Source: Bacillota bacterium (lineage in GTDB: Bacteria; Bacillota; Ch66; Ch109). Taken from it: 64,000 nt of DNA. The position numbers and the translations under genes are program-made. The stretch covers positions 1,120,001 to 1,184,000 of the forward strand of contig JBMNLH010000001.1 of assembly GCA_050952625.1 (NCBI GenBank), written 5' to 3'. The number at the start of each line of letters is the position of its first letter. Position 1 is the stretch's first letter. The notes beneath the pieces were generated by a model. It worked only from the letters and a program-made list of their open reading frames with translations. It did not search any database and had not been told where the DNA came from. Shown in pieces: positions 17,278 to 28,586 of this stretch.

Positions 17278-20200
17278 GTGAAGGTAACCCGTAGAGATTT
17301 TTTGAAAATCTCCGGAGCCACCGCTGCCACCTTTGCTATTGCTGATCTAGGCTTTAATGTCTCCAAAGCAGCCGCTAGTATTGGAGAATGCCGGATTAAA
17401 AATGTAAAAGGCATTCCGACGATCTGTCCTTACTGCGGTTGCGGCTGTGGATTGGTAGCCTACTCAGTGCAGGACCCAGCAACTAAAAAATTTGTTCAGT
17501 TGTTGAGTGTTGAAGGTGATCCTGATCATCCGATCAGTCAAGGTGGTGCTTGTCCGAAGGGAGCGGCGCTATTCCAATTACGGCAAATTGGTCCTGATTA
17601 TGTTAATGATGTTAATCCAAAGAGATTAACCAAGCCACTATATCGGGCACCAGGCAGCGATAAGTGGGAAGAAAAGGATTGGGATTGGGTTTTAGATGAA
17701 ATAAGTAAAAGGGTAAAAACAACTCGTGATCAAGGGTTTACGCTGACCCAAAAGGTAAAAACAAAAGATGAAGCCGGTAACGAAATAGAGAAAGAAATTC
17801 CTGTTTACCGGACTGAGAACATCGCCAGCTTGGGTGGGGCTGCTCTTGATAATGAAGAATGCTATCTGCAGACTAAGATGCTGCGGGCTCTCGGAGTGGT
17901 CTTCCTTGAGCACCAGGCCCGTATCTGACACTCGGCCACGGTTGCCGGTCTGGCACCTGCATTTGGTCGAGGCGCGATGACTAATCACTGGAATGATCTA
18001 AAGAATACCGATTGTGCTCTAATTATGGGCGGAAACCCGGCTGAAAACCACCCCATGGCTTTCCGCTGGTTGCTGAAAGCCAGGGAAGAGCGGGGAGCCA
18101 AGGTATTGGTAGTTGATCCCCGGGTGAGTCGTTCAGCCTCCCAAGCTGATCATTATTGTCGGTTACGATCCGGTACGGACATTGCTTTCATCGGCGGAAT
18201 CTTCAAGTATGTTTTGGACAACAAATTATACTGGGAAGAATACGTCGCGAACTACACTAATGCCTCATTTATTATTGACGATAAGTTTAGCTTTAATGAT
18301 GGTTTGTTCTCCGGCTACAACCAGGAAAAACGAACCTATGATCCAGCCAGTTGGGCATACAAACTAGGGCCAGATGGACAGCCTCTACGGGATATGACCT
18401 TGCAAGATCCACGCTGTGTTCTGCAATTAATGAAACAGCATTATTCTAGGTACGATGTTGATACAGTCTGTAAAATCACCGGGGCTGATAAAGAAGACTA
18501 CCTGAAAATTTGCGAAACCTACGCTGCTACCGGTAAACCGGATAAAACTGGTGTAATCTTATACGCCATGGGGATTACCCAGCATACCGTTGGTTCGCAA
18601 AATGTCCGGGCATTTGCTATGCTGCAGCTTTTACTGGGTAATATCGGGGTACCCGGCGGCGGGGTAGCCGCCATGCGTGGTGAGTCTAACGTTCAGGGAT
18701 CTACGGACATGGCTCTGTTGTTCCATCTGTTGCCCGGTTACGTGGGATCCCCAGATGCCAAGATCCAGCATGAAAACCTGGCTGCCTATAACGCGACCGA
18801 AACCCCGGCCACCGGCTACTGGCAGAACAAGCCTAAATTTTTAGTCAGTATGTTGAAGGCCTGGTGGGGCGACGCAGCAACCAGAGAAAATGACTTTGCG
18901 TACCACTATCTGCCCAAGAAGGATCCAGGTCGTCTAGGCGGCTACTCCCATATCGCCTTGTTCGAAGCAATGCACAAGGGGGATATTAAGGGACTCTTCA
19001 TTTTTGGTTCCAACCCAATAGTCGGTGGACCGAACGCCAACAAAGAGCAAGAGGCTCTTTGCAACCTGGACTGGATGGTGGCGATTGACCTGTGGGAAAC
19101 CGAAACCTCACAATTTTGGAAACCCGAGGCTTGGGCCAAGTCTGGCGTAAAGGCCAGGACACCTAAGGATATTAATACGGAAGTATTCCTGCTGCCGGCC
19201 TGCAGTTCCTATGAAAAGGAAGGAACAATCTCCAACAGCGGGCGCTGGATGCAGTACCGTTGGAAGAGCGCGGAGCCAGTGGGCGAGTCCAGGTCCGATC
19301 TTGAGATCATCGACCAATTGACGAAGCGGATTAAAAAGCAGTACGAAGGCAGTAACGATCCTAAGGATCGGCCGATATTGGATCTTACCTGGGATTATGG
19401 TCACGGTCATGAGCCTGACTTGATGATGGTGGCCACCGAAATGAATGGGGTTGACCTGACTACTGGCAAGAGAGTGGGAACTTTTGGTGCTTTGAAGGAT
19501 GACGGCACAACTGCCTGTGGTATCTGGATTCTCGCTGGCTGCTACCCCGAGGGTCAAGATTATTTACCCAAGCGGCGCAGCTTGGAAGATCCCTCGGGCT
19601 TAGGACAGTATTCTAATTGGTCCTGGTGTTGGCCGGTTAACCGACGCATTCTCTACAATCGTTGCTCAGCTGACTTGAACGGCAAGCCATGGGACGAGTC
19701 CCGCAAGTTAATCTGGTGGGATCCTAATGCAGTTGATGCCGCTACTGGCACGGCTGGCAAATGGGTGGGTTATGACGTCCCGGACTTCGGGGTTACAACT
19801 AATCCGAGTGCCCCAGGCGGCCGGAATCCGTTTATTATGCGGGCCGAAGGAGTTGGGTGTTTATTCGCAACCGGATCTCAGATGAAAGAAGGTCCTTTCC
19901 CTGAACACTACGAGCCTTGGGAAAGCCCAGTCGTAAATCTGTTGAATAGTCAACCTTTCAATCCAGTGGTCATGGTATGGGAACCTGATAAACAGGGTAA
20001 AAAAGATCAATATCCGATTATTGGTACCACTTATCGGGTGACTGAACACTGGCAGGCTGGAGCCATGACCCGGAATTTACCATGGCTAGCTGAACTAGTT
20101 CCCAATGTCTATGTAGAAATGAGTGAGGACCTAGCCAAAGAAAAAGGGATTAAGGGTGGCGACCAGGTGATCATTGAGTCGGCCCGGGGTTCAATCACGG

Positions 20201-20400
20201 CCTACGCCATGGTGACCAAACGGATTAAACCCTTTATTATCAACGGTGAAAAATATCATCAAATCGGAGTTCTCTGGCACTTTGGGCACTCGGGATTTGC
20301 GGTAGGTGAACCAGCTAACCGACTTACTCCGCACATAGGCGACGGGAATACGATGATTCCTGAGTACAAAGCCTGGCTGTGTAACATAAGGAGGGCGTAA
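17278..20400 (+). CDS. fdnG: Formate dehydrogenase-N alpha subunit, selenocysteine-containing, Tat-exported
   Basis: ORFs 17197..17928 and 17977..20400 share one frame, joined by TGA 17926-17928 in HQARI-U-HSATV. Tat motif TRRDFLK; CPYCGCGCG...C [4Fe-4S]; GTG start after AAAGGAG. Confidence 0.93.
17926..17970 (+). promoter_or_regulatory. Bacterial SECIS element
   Basis: TGACACTCGGCCACGGTTGCCGGTCTGGCACC resembles the fdhF/fdnG-type SECIS directly 3' of the UGA. Confidence 0.75.
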
Positions 20401-20402
20401 GA

Positions 20403-21260
20403 ATGGAATATATTAACCTCTATGACGTTACCAAATGTACGGGCTGTCGGGGATGTCAGGTTGCCTGCAAGCAGTGGAATCAACTACCGGCCAATATCGT
20501 GCCTTTCTCCGGTGGCTATAGTACAAAAGAAGACACTGATGCTAAAACTTTTACGATTATCAAGTACTTTGAAGAAGAAGATGCTAACGGCAAGGTAACT
20601 TGGCGGTTCCGGAAACACCAGTGTTTGCACTGTGGTGACCCAGCCTGTATGAAGGTTTGTCCACGGGAAGCCATTTTCATAACAGACTTTGGCGCAGTTG
20701 CTAAGGACTATGACAAGTGTGTGGGTTGTAAGTACTGTGTCGCAGCTTGCCCCTTCGAGATTCCCAAGTATGATGGGGAAATAGATAAAGTAACCAAATG
20801 TGAGATGTGTGTTGATCGGATGAAGGTCTTTATGGAGAAGCCAGATAGTACCGACCCGGCTAAACAAAGGGATAAGTACAACTATGTTCCGGCTTGTGCC
20901 AAAACCTGTGTGACTGGGTCGATCAAATTTGGGCCAAAAGATCAATTGCTCAAAGAAGCAGAGGCCCGAGTAGCCTTTCTAAAGGCTAATGGTTCTCCCA
21001 ATGCCAACATCTACAATCCGTCTGGTGTCGGCGGGGTTCACAAGGTCTATGTCTTGGCAGATGCGCCTGAAAAGTATGGACTCCCCAGCAACCCGACCAT
21101 TCCGTCTTACATCAATGTCTGGCAGCCATGGATTAAGCCTTACGGCGGGATCCTGATCGGGCTGGCAGCGTTGGGTGCAGTCGGCAGTTTCTTCAGTACC
21201 CGGATAATTAAAGCGATGAGGATTGGGGAGCATGAAGGGGGGAAGACACATGACGCATAG
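20403..21260 (+). CDS. fdnH: Formate dehydrogenase iron-sulfur subunit
   Basis: CTGCRGCQVAC, CLHCGDPACMKVCP, CVGCKYCVAACP and KCEMC...PACAKTC; C-terminal TM anchor. Confidence 0.9.
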   Translation: MEYINLYDVTKCTGCRGCQVACKQWNQLPANIVPFSGGYSTKEDTDAKTFTIIKYFEEEDANGKVTWRFRKHQCLHCGDPACMKVCPREAIFITDFGAVAKDYDKCVGCKYCVAACPFEIPKYDGEIDKVTKCEMCVDRMKVFMEKPDSTDPAKQRDKYNYVPACAKTCVTGSIKFGPKDQLLKEAEARVAFLKANGSPNANIYNPSGVGGVHKVYVLADAPEKYGLPSNPTIPSYINVWQPWIKPYGGILIGLAALGAVGSFFSTRIIKAMRIGEHEGGKTHDA

Positions 21261-21939
21261 TGCCCAAGCTGTAAGGAGAAGTGGTCCTCCAAGAGTTGTG
21301 CGTTTTAGCAAGGCAGCCCGGATAGCGCACTGGGGTCATACCGTTACTTTTCTGATTTTATTGCTAACCGGTTTGCTATTATTTGCTCCTAAAGTATTCG
21401 GCTGGGTCGGACCGGCTTTCCTGGGTGCCAACAGTGCTGGTACTGTTCACCGGGTTATGGCCGTTTTCTATACCATAATCCCCCTAGCTTGCTTGTTTGC
21501 CAACCCTAAGGGCTTTATTGGCTGGTGGAAGGATGTCTTTTCCTTTGGCATGAATGATATTAAGTTTCTCATGGTGTTTCCTTTGGAGTTCTTCGGTTTC
21601 CCGGTCAAAATACCACCGCAAACTCAATTTAACGGCGGGGAAAAAATGAACTCGGTAATTACAACCACTTCTTGTGTGTTGCTGGCGATTAGTGGATACA
21701 TCATGTGGTTTCCGGAGTTCTTTCCGCTTGGCTTGGTTCGATGGATGCCTCCGCTGCATGATATCACTATGATCTTGGCAACCACGATGGTGTGCATGCA
21801 CTCTTACCTGGGTTCATTCCATCCTGGTTCAGGGGAATCCTTCTGGGGAATGTGGAAAGGGACAGTCCGTAAAGATTGGGCCGCCCATCATCACGCGAAG
21901 TGGTTGGAAAAGGTTACTGGAGAGAAGATCGATCACTAA
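21250..21939 (+). CDS. fdnI: Formate dehydrogenase cytochrome b (gamma) subunit
   Basis: RF...RIAHW, VHR, FNGGEK, LHD, MHSY and W..HHH.KW; four TM helices. Confidence 0.88.
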   Translation: MTHSAQAVRRSGPPRVVRFSKAARIAHWGHTVTFLILLLTGLLLFAPKVFGWVGPAFLGANSAGTVHRVMAVFYTIIPLACLFANPKGFIGWWKDVFSFGMNDIKFLMVFPLEFFGFPVKIPPQTQFNGGEKMNSVITTTSCVLLAISGYIMWFPEFFPLGLVRWMPPLHDITMILATTMVCMHSYLGSFHPGSGESFWGMWKGTVRKDWAAHHHAKWLEKVTGEKIDH

Positions 21940-22048
21940 AACGATCACTAAAACTTAGTTGCTGCAAAATTTAATTTCAGCGAAAAGACTCTTTCTTGGG
22001 CTTCAATGGATCGCTTATCACGAGCACGGACAGAGAGGCCGGAAAGAA

Positions 22049-22080
22049 GAGGGGGGTCCCAGAAAGGGGCTCCCCTTGTT
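22049..22080 (+). terminator. Hairpin after fdnI
   Basis: GAGGGGGGTCCC-AGAAA-GGGGCTCCCCTT. Confidence 0.55.
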
Positions 22081-22201
22081 AACTTCTAGGTTAATTACTT
22101 AACTTTCTGACTTTACACTTCGACAAGATTCTGGGATAATAGACATAGTCAATTTACAATAAAATAAAAAATGCTGATCGAGGGCAATAGGAGGTAATAT
22201 T

Positions 22202-23041
22202 TTGAGCGGAGCCAAAGGAAATCCGATTGAAGTTCCTGAGGAGTTGCTTAGTTTTTATAACGAATTAGCTGTTATCCAAGATAAGTTGCTCGAAAGTGCC
22301 CTGATTCCGGAACAGAAAGTAGAAGAAGAAGAAATAAGACAACACCGTACAGAGCGGAAGTTCTGGTTGCAAATCCTAAAGTTCCCGGAGGTGCTGAAAG
22401 GTTTTCGTGAGAATATACGGGTGATGGCGGAATTTACGAAAAATAACCGACCTCAGATTGCGGAGCAAATCAATCAGATAATGGAAGCTATCGAAAACGA
22501 AGATTTGACTGAAATCTTAGATCGAACAGTTTGGTTGGATACTCAGTATTTTGATAGATTGGCCCATGAAAAGGGATTGTCCGCCGGACTTATCGTATTT
22601 TTGGTCGAAAATGCCTTGCGTCCATATTTGCGTGCCTGGGGCCAGGAACTAATTAAATATTTAGATGAGGATAATTGGCTAAAACCAATTTGCCCAATCT
22701 GTGGCCACAAAGCCCGAATTTCACGTCTCCGACCGGGAGATGGTAGTCGGTTAATGTTTTGTACTCACTGTTTTACTGAATGGCAATACCGACACCTGTT
22801 TTGTCCACACTGTGAGAATGAGGACCCGATGTCTTTGAACATTATCACCATTGAAGGTGATGAAGTTGATCAGATTTATACCTGTGATAAGTGTAAAGGT
22901 TACTTAAAAACCATTAACGATAAACAGGGAGGCCTATCACGCAATATGCTGGTTGAGAGTGCCCGGACCTTTTTTCTCGACCTGTTAGCGGAGCGAGAGG
23001 GATTCTCTCAGCCTTTAGATGATCGAACCAAACTAAATTGA
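22202..23041 (+). CDS. fdhE: Formate dehydrogenase maturation protein FdhE
   Basis: CPICG, R...CTHC.TEW...CPHCEN and CDKCKGYLK. Confidence 0.9.
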   Translation: MSGAKGNPIEVPEELLSFYNELAVIQDKLLESALIPEQKVEEEEIRQHRTERKFWLQILKFPEVLKGFRENIRVMAEFTKNNRPQIAEQINQIMEAIENEDLTEILDRTVWLDTQYFDRLAHEKGLSAGLIVFLVENALRPYLRAWGQELIKYLDEDNWLKPICPICGHKARISRLRPGDGSRLMFCTHCFTEWQYRHLFCPHCENEDPMSLNIITIEGDEVDQIYTCDKCKGYLKTINDKQGGLSRNMLVESARTFFLDLLAEREGFSQPLDDRTKLN

Positions 23042-23110
23042 AGATTAAAGCTAAATTACTGTTAGGTTAATAAAAGAGTTTATGTTATTTGTGGTGGTGG
23101 GGGTGAGTTT

Positions 23111-23311
23111 ATGTTTGGTTTATTACCGTTTACTGTTGGGCCCTGGGAACTAGTTCTTGTTTTAGTCATAGTATTAATAATCGTTGGTCCTGGAAAACTG
23201 CCTTCAGTAGGGAAATCCATAGGTAAGGCAATAAATGAATTTCGCAAATCACGAAATGAAACAGACGAAAACGAATCAATAGAGGAAAAAGCCGGAGCAG
23301 CCAAAAGATAA
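23111..23311 (+). CDS. tatA: Twin-arginine translocase TatA/E
   Basis: GPWELVLVLVIVLIIVGPGKLP.VGKSIGKAINEFRK. Confidence 0.93.
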   Translation: MFGLLPFTVGPWELVLVLVIVLIIVGPGKLPSVGKSIGKAINEFRKSRNETDENESIEEKAGAAKR

Positions 23312-23504
23312 TCTACTGCTTGAAACCCAGGTTTACAGGATACCTATAGATAACTCGGGCCAACCAATAAGGTTGGCCTGTACTACTACTTATATCAGTT
23401 TACCAAATATAAGAAAATGGACCATCTATAAACAAGGGGCCAATAAGGACATGAAATTATGATATATTTAATGACTTAAATAAGAAAAAATAAGGTTAGT
23501 ATCG

Positions 23505-23577
23505 TGTCATTCTGAGCGAAGCGAAGAATCCTTCCCACGCTGAGAAGTAATATCCCTCGCTAACGCTCAGGATGACA
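23505..23577. repeat. REP-like palindromic element
   Basis: TGTCATTCTGAGCGAAGCGAAGAATC...CCTCGCTAACGCTCAGGATGACA long imperfect inverted repeat. Confidence 0.7.
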
Positions 23578-23653
23578 TATGTGCCACTATCATTAGCGGT
23601 TGTGGCCTTGGGACATGGGAGGTTAGAATAGATAAAAGGATGAATCAATCATT

Positions 23654-24307
23654 ATGGACCATCTGTATCCAATTTATTTAAAGCTTAATCAGGTAAAGTG
23701 CCTGGTAATTGGTGGCGGGTCGGTAGCTGAACGTAAAGTCACTACGTTATTACAGTATGGAGCGAGAGTACTAGTAATTGCTCCGGAGATCACAATTGGT
23801 TTAGAAGAAAGGGTTTTACGCGGAGAAATCGCATATTGGTCAAGGGCATACCAGAGCGGTGATCTTGATTATTTAGAAGCCGGTCGGTCCTTAGTTTTTG
23901 TCGCTACTAATCAACCCGAGGTTAATCATCAAGTATTTCGGGAGTGTCAAGCTAGGGGAATATTGGTAAATGTAGTAGATGATCCGGTGCATTGTTCTTT
24001 TTTCGTCCCAGCCATAGTTAGGCGCGGTTCCTTATGTTTGGCCATTTCAACAGAGGGTAAAAGTCCACTGTTAGCTCGAAGAATGAGGGAAAAACTGGAA
24101 AAGGAGTTTGGCCCTGAGTATGAGGAATTTCTAAATATTTTAGGGGAATGCCGGCAGAAGATTTTACACCGAGTATCAGATGAACGCCAGCGCCGAAAGT
24201 TATTTGAACAATTGCTTGATATGGATTTGTTGGAACTGATTAGAGAGAAAAAAACTGATCTGGTGAAGGAGCGGGTATCCCAATGTTTATCATTGTGGTT
24301 GGATTAA
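23654..24307 (+). CDS. Precorrin-2 dehydrogenase/sirohydrochlorin ferrochelatase (SirC/CysG N-terminal)
   Basis: VIGGGSVAERK, VNVVDDP..CSF..PA and ISTEGKSP. Confidence 0.9.
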   Translation: MDHLYPIYLKLNQVKCLVIGGGSVAERKVTTLLQYGARVLVIAPEITIGLEERVLRGEIAYWSRAYQSGDLDYLEAGRSLVFVATNQPEVNHQVFRECQARGILVNVVDDPVHCSFFVPAIVRRGSLCLAISTEGKSPLLARRMREKLEKEFGPEYEEFLNILGECRQKILHRVSDERQRRKLFEQLLDMDLLELIREKKTDLVKERVSQCLSLWLD

Positions 24308-25593
24308 ATCACCGAACAGCACCAATTGATGTACGGGAAAAACTGGCTTTAACCGGGACAACCTTGAATAAGGCTCTCTGTGAGCTAAAAGAGATGCCTG
24401 GAATCGAAGGGTGCGTTATTCTTTCTACTTGCAATCGGTTTGAGATTTATTGTGCTGTTCGAGAAATTGAACAGGGATTGAAAACAGTCAAAGATTTTAT
24501 ATCTAGCCAACTTGCCGTTCTGAACACTGAATCAGCTGGTTTTGATCAGTACTTATATGCTCCTACCTGTCATGACGCGATTAGCCATCTATTTCGGGTA
24601 GCCGCCGGACTAGATTCGATGGTGATTGGAGAAAGCCAGGTCTTAGGTCAGGTACGTGATGCCTATGAGTTAGCTCTCAACCAGGAAGTCACCAATGGAG
24701 TTATCAACACCCTCTTTCAACAGGCAATTACGGTCGGTAAAAGAGTAAGGACGGAAACAGCAATTGACCGGAGTGCGGTATCTATCAGTTATGCGGCAGT
24801 CGAACTGGCTAAACAAGTAATTGGTCAGCTTAAGGGACATACTGTACTCATTATTGGGGCTGGAGCGACCGGCGAATTAACCGCTCGTCACCTGGTTGCT
24901 AACGGAGCTAATTCCGTTATGGTTTCCAATCGTTCCTTTGACCGGGCCTTGGAATTAGCTCAAGAATTTAAGGGTCAAGCTAAACGATTCGAGCAATTAG
25001 AGGAGTCGCTTGCAGAGGCGGATATTGTCATTAGCTGTACGGCGGCTTGTCATTATGTTCTTCAGTTAGACCAAGTGCAAAAAGCTATGGCTGTCCGTTC
25101 TGAGCGCCCCCTGATGATTATTGACATTGCGGTTCCCCGAGATGTTGATCCACTTGTCTCTAAGTTAAAGGGGGTCCATCTTTTTGATATTGATGACCTA
25201 AAAAATGTGGTTGATGTTAATTTTAAGGAGCGACAACTTGAAGCGATCAAGGCGGAACGGATTGTTCGCGAGGAATTGGCGGAGTTTAATAATTGGTTAA
25301 ATACTTTATTTGTCGTGCCAACGATTGTCGCGTTAAAGGAAAAAGCAGAAAAGATTAAGCAGACTGAATTAACCAGAGCCTTTAACCGTTTAGGAAGTAT
25401 TAACGCCCGTGAGGAGAAAGTGATTACTTCCTTAGCGAATTCGATTGTTAACCAATTGTTACATGACCCAATTATTCAGCTTAAGGTCTATGCTTCAGAT
25501 CAACAAGGACATCTTTACACGGAGGTCCTTCAGAATCTTTTTCGTTTAGAACTAAATGAAAATCAGGCTGAATATAAGAAAAAGGTTTTATAA
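24283..25593 (+). CDS. hemA: Glutamyl-tRNA reductase
   Basis: GLNHRTAP..VRE, LSTCNRFE, GLDSMVIGESQ.LGQ and DIAVPRD. Confidence 0.95.
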   Translation: MFIIVVGLNHRTAPIDVREKLALTGTTLNKALCELKEMPGIEGCVILSTCNRFEIYCAVREIEQGLKTVKDFISSQLAVLNTESAGFDQYLYAPTCHDAISHLFRVAAGLDSMVIGESQVLGQVRDAYELALNQEVTNGVINTLFQQAITVGKRVRTETAIDRSAVSISYAAVELAKQVIGQLKGHTVLIIGAGATGELTARHLVANGANSVMVSNRSFDRALELAQEFKGQAKRFEQLEESLAEADIVISCTAACHYVLQLDQVQKAMAVRSERPLMIIDIAVPRDVDPLVSKLKGVHLFDIDDLKNVVDVNFKERQLEAIKAERIVREELAEFNNWLNTLFVVPTIVALKEKAEKIKQTELTRAFNRLGSINAREEKVITSLANSIVNQLLHDPIIQLKVYASDQQGHLYTEVLQNLFRLELNENQAEYKKKVL

Positions 25594-25643
25594 AAAAACG
25601 CGTTTCTGTTAAATATCTGTGCTCCTATAGAGGAGGTTAAAAA

Positions 25644-26648
25644 TTGTTGCCAACTTTGAAAATCGGAACACGCGATAGTGTGCTGGCCCTATGGCAAACC
25701 AAATGGGTGGTTAATGAATTAAAGAAGGTTTGGCCTAATCTAGACTGTCAGGTTATCGCGGTTAAGACCAAGGGAGATAAGATCTTGGATGTCTCTCTGT
25801 CCAAGATAGGCGATAAAGGACTTTTTACCAAAGAGCTGGAGACCAGCTTGCTGGGAGGGCAGATCGATCTAGCGGTCCATAGTTTGAAGGATTTGCCAAC
25901 TGAACTGCCTATTGGCTGTTCTTTAGGGGCTATTTGTCGTCGAACTGAGCCGGGAGATGTACTTATCTCTAAAGTGGGGCGAACCTTAAAAGAATTACCG
26001 CCAAGTTCCCGGATCGGCACGAGCAGTCTGCGTCGAAAGGCCCAAATCTTATACTATCGACCAGATTTGCAAATTAAAGACCTCCGGGGTAATATACCGA
26101 CCAGATTACAAAAATTAGAGCAAGCTGACTTAGATGCGATTGTGATAGCGGCAGCTGGAGTTGAGCGTCTTGGCCTGAGGGAAAGGATTGCTGAGTATCT
26201 GCCGTATGAGATATGTCTTCCGGCGGTTGGTCAGGGGGCTATTGCCCTGGAACAAAGAACCGGGGATCATCAAGTTAGGCGATTGATCGCACCCCTTCAT
26301 GATGAAGAAAGTGCAGTCACTACCTTGGCCGAACGAGCCTTGCTGCGACGACTTGAGGGCGGATGCCAGATTCCGATTGCCGCCCTAGGCCGCCGGGACA
26401 ATGGTCGGCTCATCCTGGACGCTCGCGTTGCCAGTATCGACGGCAGTCAGATGGTTATGGGGACCAGAGAAATTGATTGGCCGATCAGGCCAATAATTCA
26501 AGCAAACTCGGCAGTGATAGACGATAACGATTCTAACTTTGAATGGTCTTACCAAGCCATTGTCGAGCAAATAGGCCGGGAGCTGGCGGAAGAACTCCTT
26601 GATCAAGGAGCTAGATCAATTCTTGAGACAATTAGAGCCTGTTCCTAG
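25644..26648 (+). CDS. hemC: Hydroxymethylbilane synthase
   Basis: IGTR.S.LALWQ, KGLFTKELE, AVHSLKD, GTSSLRR and LEGGCQ.P. Confidence 0.95.
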   Translation: MLPTLKIGTRDSVLALWQTKWVVNELKKVWPNLDCQVIAVKTKGDKILDVSLSKIGDKGLFTKELETSLLGGQIDLAVHSLKDLPTELPIGCSLGAICRRTEPGDVLISKVGRTLKELPPSSRIGTSSLRRKAQILYYRPDLQIKDLRGNIPTRLQKLEQADLDAIVIAAAGVERLGLRERIAEYLPYEICLPAVGQGAIALEQRTGDHQVRRLIAPLHDEESAVTTLAERALLRRLEGGCQIPIAALGRRDNGRLILDARVASIDGSQMVMGTREIDWPIRPIIQANSAVIDDNDSNFEWSYQAIVEQIGRELAEELLDQGARSILETIRACS

Positions 26649-26754
26649 TGAACAAGATGAAAAATCATCACTACAAGCATTGATAATTGATAATTGATAA
26701 AGGAGGGAACCGGCCAATCTGTGCTGATCCGTAGCGGTTGATGGCCGGGTTAAG

Positions 26755-28317
26755 ATGAGCAATCGTTCCGGAGTGGTATTTCTGATTGGAGCTGGGCCCG
26801 GGGATCCGAAGTTAATAACGTTGAGAGGACTTGAATGTTTACAAAAGGCAGATGTCCTGGTTTATGACCGATTAGCCAGCCCGCATTTATTGAGTTGGGT
26901 ACATCCTGAAGCAGAGCGGATTTATGTTGGTAAAGGGCCAGACCGCCACACCCTCCGGCAAGAAGAAATTAATCAATTATTGGTGAAGAAGGCCCGGGAG
27001 GGAAAGGTCGTCGCGCGGCTCAAAGGCGGGGACCCCTTTGTCTTCGGGCGAGGCGGAGAAGAAGCGGAAGCCTTAGTTGAAGCGGGGATTAGATTTGAGA
27101 TTGTACCCGGGGTTACTTCAGCCGTGGCGGTGCCGGCTTATGCCGGAATTCCGGTGACCCATCGAGACTTTACTTCCACCTTGGCAATTGTCACGGGACA
27201 CGAGGACCCGCTCAAAGAAAGCTCCAGCATAGCCTGGGAGCACTTAGCTCAGTCAGCCGGGACCATTGTTTTTCTAATGGGAATGGAGAATTTGCCGCAA
27301 ATCGTGCAGCAATTAATGAAATATGGTCGTAAAGGAGATACTCCCGTCGCCCTCATTCGCTGGGGAACTAGGCCGGACCAATTAGTAGTGACCGGGATTC
27401 TGGAGAATATTGTTGACAAAGCCAGGAAGGCCGGGTTAACCTCACCGGTCGTGATCGTAGTCGGAGAAGTTGTCACCATGCGGCAAAAACTACAGTGGAT
27501 CGAAAAACGGCCATTGTTTGGCCGACGTGTCGTAGTCACCCGTTCGCGGGCTCAGGCTAGTGTTCTTACTCGTCGTTTGGAAGACTTGGGAACAGAGGTT
27601 TGGGAGTTTCCGACTATTGAAATTGTGCCGCCGGCTGATCTGTTGCCCCTCGAACAACGTCTAAAGCAGTTGAGTGATTATCAATGGGTCATTTTTACCA
27701 GCGTGAACGGGGTGGAATCTTTCTTTCGGTGCCTTTGGGCTATCGGAGGAGATATTAGGGAACTGCAAGGAGTTCAGTTAGCGGCGATTGGCCCGGCGAC
27801 CGGGAAGTCCTTGGAGGATCGAGGACTTCGAGTGAATTATATCCCCGATGAATTTAGGGCGGAGGCCATAGCGGATGGCTTGACGAAGAGGGTTAAACCG
27901 GGGGATAAAATATTGTTGCCGCGTGCCCGGGAAGCTAGATCGGTCCTGCCTGAGATGCTGCGGAAGCTAGGGGCACTGGTTGATGAAGTAGTAGCCTATG
28001 AAACAGTGGCCGGGACCGGCAATGCTCAAAAGCTGCGGCAATTGCTGAAGCATAAACAAATCACTGCTGTTACCTTTACCAGTTCGTCGACGGTCCGCAA
28101 TTTTCTGTCTCTGCTCTTGGAAACTGAGCAACCGATTGAATCGGGGAAACCTTTAGTCATACCCGAATTGGAGGGCGTAGTAATCGCCTGTATTGGTCCA
28201 ATCACCGCGCAGACTGCCCAAAATTTAGGCTTAAAGGTTGACGTTGTTGCCGAACAGTATACTATAGATGGACTGGTGGAAGCCTTGACCAATTATTTAA
28301 TAACCCACAGGCCCTAA
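26755..28317 (+). CDS. cobA: Fused uroporphyrinogen-III C-methyltransferase / uroporphyrinogen-III synthase (CobA-HemD)
   Basis: GAGPGDP.LIT and [16 protein letters not shown], followed by the HemD domain (VTR, FTSVNGV, FTSSSTV, CIGPITA). Confidence 0.93.
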   Translation: MSNRSGVVFLIGAGPGDPKLITLRGLECLQKADVLVYDRLASPHLLSWVHPEAERIYVGKGPDRHTLRQEEINQLLVKKAREGKVVARLKGGDPFVFGRGGEEAEALVEAGIRFEIVPGVTSAVAVPAYAGIPVTHRDFTSTLAIVTGHEDPLKESSSIAWEHLAQSAGTIVFLMGMENLPQIVQQLMKYGRKGDTPVALIRWGTRPDQLVVTGILENIVDKARKAGLTSPVVIVVGEVVTMRQKLQWIEKRPLFGRRVVVTRSRAQASVLTRRLEDLGTEVWEFPTIEIVPPADLLPLEQRLKQLSDYQWVIFTSVNGVESFFRCLWAIGGDIRELQGVQLAAIGPATGKSLEDRGLRVNYIPDEFRAEAIADGLTKRVKPGDKILLPRAREARSVLPEMLRKLGALVDEVVAYETVAGTGNAQKLRQLLKHKQITAVTFTSSSTVRNFLSLLLETEQPIESGKPLVIPELEGVVIACIGPITAQTAQNLGLKVDVVAEQYTIDGLVEALTNYLITHRP

Positions 28318-28586
28318 ATGTTTACCTTATTAGCAATTAGCTTGTTGACATCAAGGTGTGTACTAGCCTCGACATCTTTACAGTCCGATATTTTAATCCC
28401 AGGTTCGTCACTTTATTATAAAACGCCGGTATCAAGGCTTTCAGGATATGCCCGAAAAATGTAAATAGCCCGGGAAGCCGCTTTGCTGTAGCACCCATTT
28501 TTTTAACATGCCACCTGTATTAAAGTCAGCGTCCATCAACCTTAAATAAACGCTAAGTAAATATATAAAAGGGGGAGCCAATTCTA

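Noticed and set aside
17197-20400. fdh alpha subunit as two genes or a pseudogene
   Set aside because: Both parts are in the same frame, the TGA is at the Sec position and a SECIS follows, so it is one selenoprotein.
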